A stretch of DNA of 64,000 nt from Mytilus trossulus (GCF_036588685.1 NC_086380.1:10341347-10405346); one strand, 5' to 3'. Positions 49,447 through 61,612 are shown, numbered from the stretch's first letter. Notes: generated from the sequence alone by a model not told the origin. Translations and numbers: made by a program.

Positions 49447-50264
49447 GGTGGTACCAAACACCATGATTAAAATTAATTGAGCTAGTTTAATTTTCTAAAT
49501 TTTGAAAAAATGTTTACTTTGACCCTTTGACAACAAAAAATGTCTAAAATTAAGGAATAACAGTACTGTAGTTGAAGAGTTGCCACCGTCAATTGTAGAT
49601 TTGACGGTCGCAAATGCAGTTTTACTGGCGACGCGTAGCGGAGACAGTAAAACTGAGATTTGCGACCGTCAAATCAAAATTGACGGTGGCAACTCTTCAA
49701 CTACAGTACTGTTATTCCGATTCTAATGCATTACAAAAAGAAAAAATCCGATAAAACTTGAAAAAATGTCTAAATTTGTCAAATAAAAAAAACCCGGGAA
49801 ACTTCATGAATGCTTTTGGCACAAAGACTTCATGTCTAAACGTGACGTCATACAAATGAAAGCTTACAAACTGGAGGTTATTACGTTACCTGTACACTTC
49901 AAATTTGGATAAAATTACATTAAAACGGCGAATTCGAGGTAGGTGTTGTTCTATTTTTGATTATATAGTAGTAATCGAACATTTGTTGATTCATCAATTC
50001 AAAATGGCGGGTCTCTCCTTAGTTACGCCTGGTCAACTGTGGATTTGACGGCAACTTTTAGCCAATGAAAGAAATTGTTACATCCAAATTGCATTAGAAT
50101 CTTCAATGACATGTTTTATCGGAAAAAAATCATTGGATTTAAAGCAGTTTTACAAACCTTAATTTCGATCATTAAAAAGCTAATACATTGTATTTTGGTA
50201 ACAATGAAACATGATTAAAATGTGAGTTTTACAGAGTTATCTCCCTGTAGTATTATGTACCACC
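49447..50264. mobile_element. TTAA-flanked MITE (GGTGGTACCAAACACC…GTACCACC), ~820 bp, in intron 26. It contains a ~140-bp near-perfect palindrome (49575-49715).
   Basis: TTAA at 49443-46 and 50265-68. The right-end reverse complement, ggtggtacataatactacagggagataactctgtaaaa, matches the left end of the 45676 copy. Confidence 0.65.
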
Positions 50265-51074
50265 TTAAAAGGTATCAGTTTTGGGAAAAGCATGTTTATC
50301 ATCCTATTTTCCTTGGGTCATGATATGTATCATGGTGCTTTAATTTTTACTGTTGTCTTTTTTCATAAATTTAGGCCTGGTGTGGTACTATTTACTTATG
50401 GAAATACTTTTATTTCAGTTTCCATTGTCAGAGCTATTTGACAAATCTTGTTCTTATTTAATATGTTTATTACAAATTGGTATCACCTGTTATTTATACA
50501 TTTTTAATTGACAACAACTTATATTTGTTTGTTCAAAAACATTTGCAGTAGTTGTATATGCATTATTGTCTCATCTCAACGAAAAGCAAGACATAGGTGT
50601 ATGTGTTTGCCTGAGGTGGCAGAAGTGGTGTTCATAATGGTTTGAAATTAAGTCAGTTTACTTACAGGTCAATGATATTAGATATGCAATTGTATTAGCA
50701 TTGGCACATCTCATTTCCAAGAAAATTATTTGGCCCTGCCCCTCAGTCATGATCTATTGACTTTGAGTCTTGCTAAGTTATCATGTATTAGTCTGAGATT
50801 AGTTCAGTTAATGAAATCACTAGTTCAATGATATTTTCTATGCAGTTGTAATTAAAGAGTATTGTTCTCAATATTGCAAATATTAAAATCGCATTTTTGT
50901 CTAAAAATTTGAAATTGCAATAATAAATGCTGAATTTACAGTAGTTTTAAAACAGTTGAAGTATTGCTATTTTCATTTAAACATTGGAATTTGACTAGCA
51001 AAAGTACATGCAGGTAAGACATATCTCTGTGTCAACAGTTTGTCAAATCCAATTAATATGCAACACATGTTTTG

Positions 51075-52855
51075 GTTTTTGTCGAGCCTGCGACTTTTGT
51101 CGCAGAAAGCTCGACATAGGGATAGTGATCTAGTAGCGGCTATGGCGGCTGCGGCCGTGTTAGCTCACTTCTTACAGTGACTTGACTGTAAGTGCTGCTA
51201 TCCACCAATTGCAATTCATTCAAAATTTTGACCAAATTGCAATTTGTTTTATCAAACCAAATTGTTCAACTGGTCAGAAATTTGAACCAACTGCTGTAGA
51301 AAATCACAGTCAAGTCGTGAAAGTGCAAGGTGATAAAATAAAACATACTTACAATCCAATAAGACTTTAACTCCACTTTAATGATGTTAATACTAAATCT
51401 GTCTATCAATCTGTATAGTTATATTATAGCCATTACCATACTAAAGGTCAACTGTTTTATTTTGAATTGCTATAAAAATGTCCAAATAAAGCTTTTATAT
51501 AGTTTTTCTTTCGAAAAGAATTTTATATTTATAAGAATCATATATCATTTAAAATAATACATCATATATTCAGTAAAATACGTGTGAAATAACAATATGC
51601 TATTAATAAGTTTCCTTGGGGAGATAACCTAAAATACTATTCTTTTGAATAAAGACTTTTTGAAACCAAAAAAGATTATCTCCCCTTCCTACAAACATAT
51701 TGCAATTTCACAAATATTTTACTGAATATGAAATGTTTTTATTCACATAATGTGTGATTCTTATGAATAAAGAATACTTTTCGAAAGTAAACTATATAAA
51801 AGCTTAGTTTGAACAATTTTAAAGCAATTAAAAATAAAACAGTTCACCTTTAGTATGGTAATGGCTATAATATAACTATACAGATTGATTGATATCATCA
51901 TTAAAGTGGAGTTAAAGCTTATAGGATTGTAAGTATATTTTATTTTATCACCTTGCACTTTCACATTTTGACTGAACAATTTGTTCAATATTCTGACCAG
52001 TTGAACAATTTGATTTTATAAAACAAACTGCAATTTAGTCAAAAAAATTTATGAGTTGCAACTGGTGGATAGCAACACTAACAGTCAAGTCACTGTAAAA
52101 GCTTTATATTTTAGAAGGTGGGAGACCTGGATGCTTCATACTTTGTATATGGATGCCTCATGTTACGAAGTTTCCATCAGTCACATGTCCAATGTCCTTG
52201 ACCTCATTTTCATGGTTCAGTGACTACTTGAAAAAAAAATTAAGATTTTTTGTAATGTTAAATTCTCTCTTATTATAAGTTATAGGATAACTATATTTGG
52301 TATGTGCGTACCTTGCAATGTCCTCTTGTCCGTCAGACAGTTTTCACTTGACCTCGACTTCATTTCATGGATCAGTGAACAAGGTTAAGTTTTGGTGGTC
52401 AAGTCCATGTCTGAGATACTATAAGCAGTAGGTCTAGTATATTCGGTGTATGGAAGCACTGTAAGGTGTACATGTCCAACTGGCAGGTGTCATCTGACCT
52501 TAACCTCATTTTCATGGTTCAGTGGTTAAAGTTAAGTTTTTGTGTTTTGGTCTGTTTTTCTTATACTGTATGCAATAGGTCTTCTATATTTTGTGTATGG
52601 AATGGTTGTAAGGTGTACAGGTACACCTGGCAGGTGTCATATGACCTTGACCTTATTTTCATGGTTCAGTGGTCAAAGTTAAGTTTTTGAGTTTTGGCCT
52701 TTTTTTCTACTACTATATGCAATAGGTCAACTATATTTGGTGTATGGAAATATTTCATGATCTACATGTCAGTCGCGCAGGTTTTATTTGACCTTGACCT
52801 CATTTTTTACGGTTCATTGCTCAGTGTTAAGCTTTTGTGTTTTGGTCTGTTTTTA
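51075..52855 (+). mobile_element. Family-A copy A2 (intron 26), 3'-truncated and interrupted by a nested 910-bp Tc1-like MITE (51179-52088).
   Basis: The head ttttgtcgagcctgcgacttttgtcgcagaaagctcgacatagggatagtgat…(GCGGCT)n runs to 51178 and resumes at 52089 (…taaaagctttatattttagaaggtgggagacctggatgc…) with the satellite array to ~52855. Confidence 0.75.
51179..52088. mobile_element. Tc1/mariner-like MITE (foldback type, ~200-bp TIRs) nested in family-A copy A2, with a TA target-site duplication.
   Basis: Termini are CAGTGACTTGACTGTAAGTGCTGCTATCCACCAATTGCAA… and …TTGCAACTGGTGGATAGCAACACTAACAGTCAAGTCACTG. The host sequence reads cttctTA[element]TAaaagc, whereas uninterrupted copies read cttcttaaaagc. 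CAGTG termini are Tc1-like. No transposase ORF is present. Confidence 0.75.
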
Positions 52856-55539
52856 AAGGCAGTGCTTTAAGGCCTGACTTTTAAGTCATGAGGTTCATCT
52901 TTTCATACGCAATCTATGCAGGGGGTCTTTTGGCCAGAAATAGAACCGGAAATGTTCGAATTTCTCCTCTTCTTTTTATGGTATAATATGTTTTTTGTTT
53001 CTTTCATTTACATTGGGGACTAAAGAAACGATCAGGGTGTATTGTTCGTTTTATAGAACTTGTTATTAGTGTGTATTTTGCATTATAAGCAGTCAACCTG
53101 ACTACAAACTATCATTATGTGTATTCCGTGTGGAAAGAGGTCGGGTCAATTTCGAGTGTTTTCTGACATCTAAAGATTCCTTAATTAGTTCAGACGTTGA
53201 TATAACAATGAAAAGTCGACTGAACATGATTAATATTGCATCTTCTATAATTCAAAGCGGAATTCGGTTTATGAACGAGAAACCGTAAAGCATTTTCAAT
53301 TTCGGTTCTAGTTATGTATGTTGTCTACGTATTATCCTGGTTCCCGGTACTACGTTCCGGGTATTAGCTATTTGATATATGTGATGTGTAACATTACGAT
53401 CGGGTACCAGCAAATCTACGTGTGTATGTGTACATGATTTCCCGCCAAAATGGACGATTTACAGCTAAAAAAATAGTCCATAAACGTTCCGTTTAATGAT
53501 ATGCAAATTCATAATTAATCGTAACTTTTTTTTATCTTTGTATAATAAATATAACAAAATGGATTCCACAAAATTGAAAATAGCATTATTTTACGAGGAT
53601 TTCTCATATTTTTCTCACTTCCGGGCGCAGTAATACGTATGTTTTGAATAAGCTCGAAGAATTTGACAAAGTGAATTGAGAAGGAAACGGATAGATATAC
53701 GTCCTTGCTATCAGGTAAAACAATTTAAATGTACAAAACAAACACATTTACTTCACGCAAATAGTACAGGCTTAAGCTTTTTATTGTCTTACACGACTGT
53801 AGTCTAGTGTTTAAACGACGGCGGTGACCTACAAGGTACGGGTCATACTAGTACTGGGTCAAGTCTAAATATGTAAACATATCCACGTGCTATTAGAAAG
53901 AAAGCATCGTAATGCAATATCTACAATTTTTCCTCCTTTATACATCGTTTAACCAGATATATTTCTCTTTCAAATACACTTAAACACGGATTGTATGTAC
54001 GTATCTTTTCTAGTGTTTTCTTGTCCTTATTAAATATATATAGGAAGATGTGGTGTGAGTGCCAATGAGACAACTCTCCATCCAAACAACAATTCAAAAA
54101 TTAAACCATTATAGGTTAAAGTACGGCCTTCAACACGGAGCCTTGGCTCACACCGAACAACAAGCTATAAAGGGCCCCAAAATAACTAGTGTAAAACCAT
54201 TCAAACGGGAAAACCAACGGTCTAATCTATATAAACAAAACGAGAAACGAGAAACACGTATTAAAGTTCATTTGTTGATGTTTAAATATTTTTGAACGAC
54301 TGAACACAGGAGTGAATGAATGCAACAATTATATATACTGAAGACTTGGGCTGTATAATGATAGTGTACGTATATCATACTGATAATTATTCTAGCAGTA
54401 ATTATGTTGATTTAGGATGTAATGACAGGAATTCATGAGTTATGCTTCAGGCTTTCTGAAAAAATATCAATGACAATGTAAACAGGAACAAAACATTGAC
54501 ATGAATGATGCTCTCTTCTATGTTATAGTTATTTAGGTATGTGTGTTGCACAAGTTTCAAAAAAACTTAAGTTCTAAAACTTTTTTTCAGGGCACAAACC
54601 CACTATAAAGAGACTTGTCTACTGCCATACCCATCCTATTTTCATGCTCCATTTGCAAGCAAGAGACTGAATGGTTTGCAACATTAAAAATCAGGACGGT
54701 GTCCAATTAAAACAAAAGAACTAAACTGAATGAATATTGTAGGAGAAATCTAGAGGAAAGTTTTGATTTGTGAAATTGGTTTTCCTGAAAAGTCATTCAT
54801 CCTAGCCTGCAGAAAGGAACTATAACTGTCCACCACCAACTGACGAACTAATGTTGAGCTTCACATATGGAATTACTCAAATACCATCAATGTCTATGTT
54901 TTCAGCACAGATTTCACAAGTTATGACAAAGCTGTGCTTTTTTATACCTGTTAAAGAGTTGTATACTAAATTTTATTTTTTTATCAATAAATATATATTG
55001 TGTCATTTAAGAACTTGTATTTTGCCAAAAGATGCATACTAGTGAATGAAAGTGGTGCAGTTCATTTTGCTTTGTATATAGAATTGAATTACATGTACAA
55101 TTGTTCATGTTATTGGAATGCTTATAAAAATAAGGAGATGTGGTACAATAATGTATATGATATTTAGTGAGTTTATCAAGCAAAAGTGAATAAGAAATAG
55201 GTATAAGCAGTTACAGGTACTACTTTACAATCTCAAACTATGAGAAAAACTCATACCGTAAAGAGAATTTCATATTTACAAGTAAGTTTTGTTTTTGCGT
55301 TGAATAATTTTCTTCTATTGTTTAAATTGCAAATATGGGAAGTGGTTAAAATGCTAATGAGACAGCTGTTATGGCCACAGAGCCTTAATTGAAAACTTCT
55401 TTTTCATTCATACCGGTAGATTTTGTCTGGCGTTAGAAACATATCTGCCAACTTTTCAAAATGCACATGGGGGTTTTACGTGAAAGATGGTCCATATAGT
55501 CATACAAAACCTTCAAGGGGGCCTTCAAATGGAAGCAGG

Positions 55540-56122
55540 ACAAGTTGCCCCACTGGCTAATCGCCCCACTTTTTTAAAAACCGCCACAAACTGATTTATC
55601 AAATCGCCCCACATGTGAAATTGGTTAAATCATGTTTAATATTACTCCTGCCAACTCGCCCTACTTATAAAAAAACGGTAATATTTAGATTAATATATAT
55701 ACATGTACAATTAAAAATAAAAACTTGCACCACTTTAATGAAACTAATCTACACAGAATACAAACAAACCGAAAATTAATTTAATTACTATTATTGATAT
55801 ATACTGAAATTATAATTCTAAAAATAAAACTGATTGTTGAAGAATAACTGTAAGTTTTGAAGCTTAGTTATTTGCATAACAGTTGAAAAGAAACCAGTTA
55901 AATGTATCAAAATGCAATATAAGGAATTTAAGTTATATTCAATGGAATAACATCTTTTTCCATAAGTGGGGCGAGTTGGCATTACTAAATTCATCCTGGT
56001 TAATAATATATTTATCTAGATTTCACCCATTTCCATTAGGTGGGACCAGTTGGCAGGAGTAATATTAACGGGATTTAACACAGTTCACAAGTGGGGCGAT
56101 TTGATAATCCAGGTTGGGGCAG
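55540..56122. repeat. Foldback/inverted-repeat element with GTGGGGCGA-containing arms. It is the host for family-A copy A3.
   Basis: ttgccccactggctaatcgccccact…caaatcgccccacatgtg (55545-55625) pairs with cacaagtggggcgatttgataatccaggttggggcag (56083-56120). The related motif aagtggggcgatttg recurs at 57213-57260, beyond A3. Confidence 0.5.
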
Positions 56123-57212
56123 TTTTTTTGTCGAGCCTGCGACTTTTGTCGCAGAAAGCTCAACATAGGGATAGTGATACGGCGGCGGCGATGTTAGCTC
56201 AGTTCTTAAAAGCTTTATATTTTAGAAGGTGGGAGACCTGGATGCTTCATACTTTGAATATGGTTGCCTCATGTTATGAAGATTCCGTCAGTTACATGTC
56301 CAATGTCCTTGACCTCATTTTCATGGTTCAGTTACTTAACTTGAAAAAAAAGTTAAAATTTTTTGTAATGTTAAATTCTCTCTTATTATAAGTAATAGGA
56401 TAACTATATTTGGTATGTGCGTACCTTGCAAGGTCCTCTTGCCCGTCAGACAGTTTTCACTTGACCTCGACCTCATTTCATGGATCAGTGAACAAGGTTA
56501 CGTTTTGGTGGTCAAGTCCATATCTGAGATACTATAAGCAATAGGTCTAGTATATTCGGTGTATGGAAGCACTGTTAGGTGTACATGTCTAACTGGCAGG
56601 TGTCATCTGACCTTGACCTCATTTTCATGGTTAAGTGGTTATAGTTAAGTTTTGTGTTTTGGTCTGTTTTTCTTTTACTGTTTGCAATAGGTCTTCTATA
56701 TTTTGTGTATGGAATGGTTGTAAGGTGTACAGGTCTACCTGGCAGGGTCATATGACCTTGACCTCATTTTCATGGTTCAGTGGTCAAAGTTAAGTTTTTG
56801 AGTTTTGGCCTTTTTTCTAATACTATATGCAATAGGTCAACTATATTTGGTGTATGGAAATATTTCATGATCTACATGTCAGTGGCACAGGTTTTATTTG
56901 ACCTTGATCTCATTTTTTACGGTTCATTGCTCAGTGTTAAGCTTTTGTGTTTTGGTCTGTTTTTCTTAAACTATAAGCAATAAGTCAATTTTATTTGTTG
57001 TATGGAAGAATTGTAAGCTGTACATGCCTACCTGGCATGGTTTATCTGACCTTGACCTCATTTTCATGGTTCAAAGGTCAATGTTTAGTTTTCTTGGTTT
57101 ATGTTGAGATTATGTGACAGTTGTAATAACGCTTTATTATTAGGACTATCAACATAATATCAATGATTAGTAAAGAAGGCGAGACATTTCAGTGTGTGCA
57201 CCCTTGTTTTTA
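56123..57212 (+). mobile_element. Family-A copy A3 (intron 26), complete. It is inserted into a foldback element carrying GTGGGGCGA motifs (55540-56122 / 57213-57260).
   Basis: Head at 56123-56200, (CGG)n at 56183-56195, satellite array 56290-57060, tail …ggcgagacatttcagtgtgtgcacccttg ending ~57212. Confidence 0.75.
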
Positions 57213-57644
57213 AAGTGGGCGAGTTAGTGAAAAAGTGGGGCGATTTGTCATGGATTCCCTTCAAATATATTCTAATGTGGTTTTTGGCTTCTTCGTGCAT
57301 TAACAAGCTCATAGCCATTGTTGAATTAATTGTTTTCTTTAAAATAGTCGACAAAATTGCTCTTACAAAATTTCCATTTGGGAGCCTTGAGCTCAATGGG
57401 GGAAATACTCTGCAAATACTGAAAGTTGACAGGTATGGTCATCAAAAAAGTTGACATGTTACTATGTACATTTACCATTATGTTACTTGATGTCCTTGCT
57501 ATACACACAGTACAGAGACTAGTCAATCTTTGTGAACTATTTTTTATGGGAGTCATAGAATATGTGTATACAATCAATAATTAAAAATAGTCTATTTATA
57601 TTGAAAAGGAAAAGTTCTTATATGTCTAAAGTAAAGGGACGAAA

Positions 57645-58002
57645 GAGAGCCGTGGTGTAGTGGTTAGTGCATCGGACTACTAACACAAAGGTTCCTGGTT
57701 CGATTCCCGTTTGGGATGAAAATTTCAGGAACTCAATTTTCGGCTCTCCCTTGACACCATTTGCGAGTATGGTCTTGAGGAAACGATGATAGTCCGTCGG
57801 ACGGGGACGATAAATGGCTGGCCCGTGTTAAGAGAGAGCCATATCTCTTGCACGTTAAAGACACCCTTGTAGATTTCGAAAAAGAGTAGGCTAATGCCGC
57901 TACAAGGCAGCACTCGCACCCGCAAAGTGGAAAGGGATTAATATAAGTTGTAAAACTTGTTTCCCAATCCACTATAAATAAATATGTTTAAAAAAAAAAA
58001 AA
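57645..58002 (+). mobile_element. tRNA-derived SINE copy in intron 26, plus orientation, with a poly-A tail and target-site duplication.
   Basis: gagagccgtggtgtagtggttagtgcatcggactactaacacaaaggttcctggttcgattccc…(A)13 at 57990-58002. The TSD GGGACGAAA(G) is at 57636-57644 and 58003-58012. It is inserted inside another interspersed repeat. Confidence 0.8.
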
Positions 58003-58261
58003 GGGACGAAAGACACCAAAGGGACAGTCAAACTCATAAATTTAAAGCAAACTGACAAGGCCATGGCTAAAAATGCATTTCATGGGAGGCACAGAAAATA
58101 AACTTAACAGTAGACTAGATATAGGTGAACTAGGTACAAAAGAACTCTAAATCTTAAATTCTACAAACCACCTCTGTTCTATGGAAGATAATGATATAAC
58201 TGGACTAGAAATACACACAACCTGTAATTAACTGCCTTTACAGCGCTTTCGCGCTTTGATT

Positions 58262-58512
58262 CTTTAACTATAAGCAATAAGTCAATTTTATTTGTTGTAT
58301 GGAAGAATTGTTAGCTGTACATGCCTACCTGGCATGGTTCATCTGACCTTGACCTCATTTTCATGGTTCAAAGGTCAATGTTTAGTTTTCTTGGTTTATG
58401 TTATGTTTATGTGACAGTTGTAATAAAGCTTTATTATTAGGACTATCAACATAATATCAATGATTAGTAAAGAAGGCGAGACATTTCAGTGTGTGCACTC
58501 TTAGTTTTTTTA
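58262..58512 (+). mobile_element. Family-A partial copy A4 (3' tail portion only). It is nearly identical to the A3 tail and ends 5 bp before the exon-27 acceptor.
   Basis: 58262-58512 aligns almost base-for-base to 56960-57210. The element tail …gtgtgcactcttagtttttttaatatag| supplies the polypyrimidine tract and AG of the predicted acceptor at 58517. Confidence 0.7.
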
Positions 58513-58517
58513 ATATA

Positions 58518-58626
58518 GGATGAGGAAAAAACAGATGGACCATCAATTGCTGATTTAGTTGCCAAGGAGACTGTTGATGTTTTACCTTATATGGACTGGC
58601 AGAATGCAGACATGTTTGAAGAGAAG
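58518..58626 (+). CDS. PARP4: PARP4-like exon 27: DEEKTDGPSIADL/VAKETVDVLPYMDWQNADMFEEK. The two halves are in frames that differ by +1 (one extra G at ~58560/58561, GTTGGCC). The alternative model starts the exon at 58558 (acceptor gctgatttag|) and encodes only LAKETVDVLPYMDWQNADMFEEK.
   Basis: Strong acceptor tttttttaatatag| at 58517, donor AAG|GTGTGG. The downstream half matches human ELIAKEDVDFLPYMSWQ and the upstream half resembles DENESPFPDIPKVSEL, but the two halves cannot be read in one frame as the sequence stands. Confidence 0.6.
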
Positions 58627-59061
58627 GTGTGGTCCCTATTTTAATTTATAATATAATAATACTCACAAGAAGTAAGCAATATTTTTTGTTGTTTTACTCC
58701 TTCACAGAATCATCCTTAGAAAAATACAGGCTACATTAACCCTGCTTAAGAGACAGCCTCAATAGAGGAAATAATAGGCCACTCATATAGAAGAAACAAT
58801 CTCAACTGATGAGGTTCTCTGACAAGAGGTCACTAAAGGTTATTTATACAATAAGGCTACATTTTTTCTGTTGATAGAGAACAACCTCACTAGAAAGGAG
58901 TAAAACTTACCTCCTTTATATTACTTATACTAGCTGAAACATGAGCTAGGGGAATTTTGTTTACTAATATCGATTTTTTGACTGTTGATTTGGTTTTCAG
59001 AATTACAATACCGTAGTGATTTTTTAATAGAAACATTGATTGAACTTAATCACCTTTTTAG

Positions 59062-59208
59062 GACCCTGTTGTGGCTATTGAGGAGTTATTACGTAAAGGA
59101 GCAATAGCTGAGACTTTTTCCCAGATGGAGGCTGAGCGATGTTACTCGTCAATACTAGACTATGCTGATGATTTGAAAAAAGAAGAAAATAAAGATTTGA
59201 AATTTACT
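59062..59208 (+). CDS. PARP4: PARP4-like exon 28 (poorly conserved C-terminal region): DPVVAIEELLRKGAIAETFSQMEAERCYSSILDYADDLKKEENKDLKFT.
   Basis: Acceptor caccttttttag| and donor ACT|GTAAAT. It is 147 nt in phase 0 and is the only long open frame after a good acceptor downstream of exon 27. There is no strong homology support. Confidence 0.5.
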
Positions 59209-60646
59209 GTAAATATTCTTTATTGAGATAAATTAGACTTTCTTTATTATCAGAATGATGTCAATATTTAAAAATTAAACATGAGCTCTAAGAATCGGAA
59301 CAAGGGAATGTATGCTGAAGCCAGTTTTTACCCCTTCACTTAAAAGTTGTTCTAAGTACTTGAAATCTATAAAATATCATTTGCATAAACTTGCCAAAAT
59401 CACCTAGCTCTTAGATCTTTCCCTTAAATACATTTTGCCAAATGATGTTGTATGGAAAGATGTTCAAGTGAGTCACAAGTTTTTTGTGAGGCTGTTTCAT
59501 GTTCTTTTCATCAAGAACTTAAAGACCACACCAATTTAATTTCTTGTTCTACGAATTTTTGGACTCCAAAATTTGGGGCGAGCAAGAGATTTGGAAATTT
59601 TAATAAAAAAGTATTTAATTTGCAAATTTTTTAGGTGAAGCTTGAAAAGTAAAGACTAACGATTATAATTTTTTTTGTAAACATAAAATAGTAGGTTTTG
59701 ACTATATTAAAACTTGATTTATCACTTGTACTTTGACATTTCTTTAATTTCTGAAGTATTTTTTCCCTGTTCACCAAGAAATAATTAAATCTGGTCTATG
59801 TATGTGTCACTGACAATGAGGCAATTCTCCATCCAAGTCATAATCAGTTTGGCAACCCCTTAATGTTATAAGTATCCCTTTTACATGTTTTATGAGGGAT
59901 CAATATAAGTTATGATATATTTGTTTGTACAAAAGGGCTCATATTTTCTCAAAGAACTATATATTTATCTGGTATTAAATGGTCAAAACATGTCCAAGAA
60001 TTTTTGTAATATTTCTGGACATTAACCATGTTTAAAATACATTTACTTTAACAATTTAATATTATTAAAAAAAAGTGGACCCCTCTTTTAGATAAAGTTG
60101 TTTAAAATATGATGTAACTCTCCTCTTTTTGAGTACAACATTCTATGTTTTCAAAGGTTTTGTATAGAAGAACTATACAAATTCTTGGTATCTCTATTTT
60201 CTTTTCTACATCAGTAAAATGACCCCTGGTCTGAGGGAGGGTTGTTCTCAACCTGATAATAACAAACACAGGTCAAAGTACGGCCTTTTTACACAGGTCA
60301 AAGTACGGCCTTTTTACACAGGGCTTTGATACAGACAAAATACCAAGCTAAAAAAGAAACCAACATTATTAGCGTACACAATTTTAACAGGAAAACCAAC
60401 AATCTAATTTATATATACGAACGGGAAAATACCAATGAACAACATGAACAAACGATAACTGCTGAACAACAGGCCCCTGAATCAATCAGGACAGGTGTAT
60501 AAACATGCAGCGGCTATGGATAGTTTTGTTTTGCCAGCATACAATATAATTTCAGTTGAAGGCAAATCCTTCAGAAGTTCTTTTTTTTCTAACAACGAAT
60601 ATTTTTTGATAGGGAATACAAGTATAAGTAAGGGTGAAAGAAACCA

Positions 60647-61612
60647 ATTTTTTGTCGAGCCTGCAACTTTTGTTGCAGAAAGCTCGACATAGGGATAGTG
60701 ATATGGCGGCTACGGCGGCTACGGCGGCGGCGGCGGTGTTAGCTCACTTCTTAAAAGCTTTATATTTTAGAAGGTAGAAGACCTGGATGCTTCATACTTT
60801 GTATATAGATGCCTCATGTTACGAACTTTTCGTCAGTCACTTGTCCAATGTCCTTGACCTCATTTTCATGGTTCAGTGACTACTTGAAAAAAAAAGTTAA
60901 GATTTTTTGTAATGTTAAATTCTCTCTTATTATAAGTAATTGGATAACTATATTTGGTATGTGCGTACCTTGCAAGGTCCTCATGCCTGTCAGACAGTTT
61001 TCACTTGACCTCAACCTCATTTCATGGATCAGTGAACAAGGTTAAGTTTTCATGGTCAAGTCCATATCGCAGATACTATAATCAATAGGTCTAGTATGTT
61101 AGGTGTATTGAAGGACTATAAGGTGTACATGTCCAACTGGCAGGTGTCACCTGACTTTGACCTCATTTTCATGGTTCAGTGGTCAAAGTTAAGTTTTTTA
61201 GTTTTGGTCTATTTTTCTAATACTTTATGCATTAGGTCAAATATAATTGGTATATGGAAATATTTTATGATCTATATGTAGGTTACGCAGGTTTCATTTG
61301 ACCTTGACCTCATTTTCACGGTCCATTGCTATAAAGTTTTAAGTGTTTGTGCTTTGATCTGTTTTTCATTATTATAAGCAATAAGTCAACTATATTTATA
61401 ATATTGAAGAATAGTTAGCTGTACATGTCTACCTGGCATGGTTCATCAGACCTTGACCTCATTTTCATGTTTCATTGATCAATATTTCATTTTCTTGGTT
61501 AATGTTGAGTTTATGTGACAGTTGTAATAAAGCTTTATATTTAGGTCTATCAAGATAGTATCAAGGATAAGTAAAGAAGGCGAGACATTTCAGTGTGTGC
61601 ACTCTTGTTGTT
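60647..61612 (+). mobile_element. Family-A copy A5 (intron 28), complete.
   Basis: Head ttttttgtcgagcctgcaacttttgttgcagaaagctcgac, (GGCGGCTAC)n/(CGG)n at 60700-60735, satellite array, tail ggcgagacatttcagtgtgtgcactcttg at ~61585-61612. Confidence 0.75.

Noticed and set aside
56050-56391. 113-aa ORF
   Set aside because: It reads through the family-A head, (CGG)n microsatellite and first satellite monomer, so it is a repeat-derived open frame.
57645-57727. Possible tRNA gene (tRNA-like sequence GCCGTGGTGTAGTGGTTAGTGCATCGG…GGTTCGATTCCC)
   Set aside because: It is followed by ~270 bp of non-tRNA body, a poly-A tail and a TSD. A second copy exists in reverse at 26421-26770. Acceptor and T stems are imperfect, so this is a tRNA-derived SINE and not a functional tRNA.
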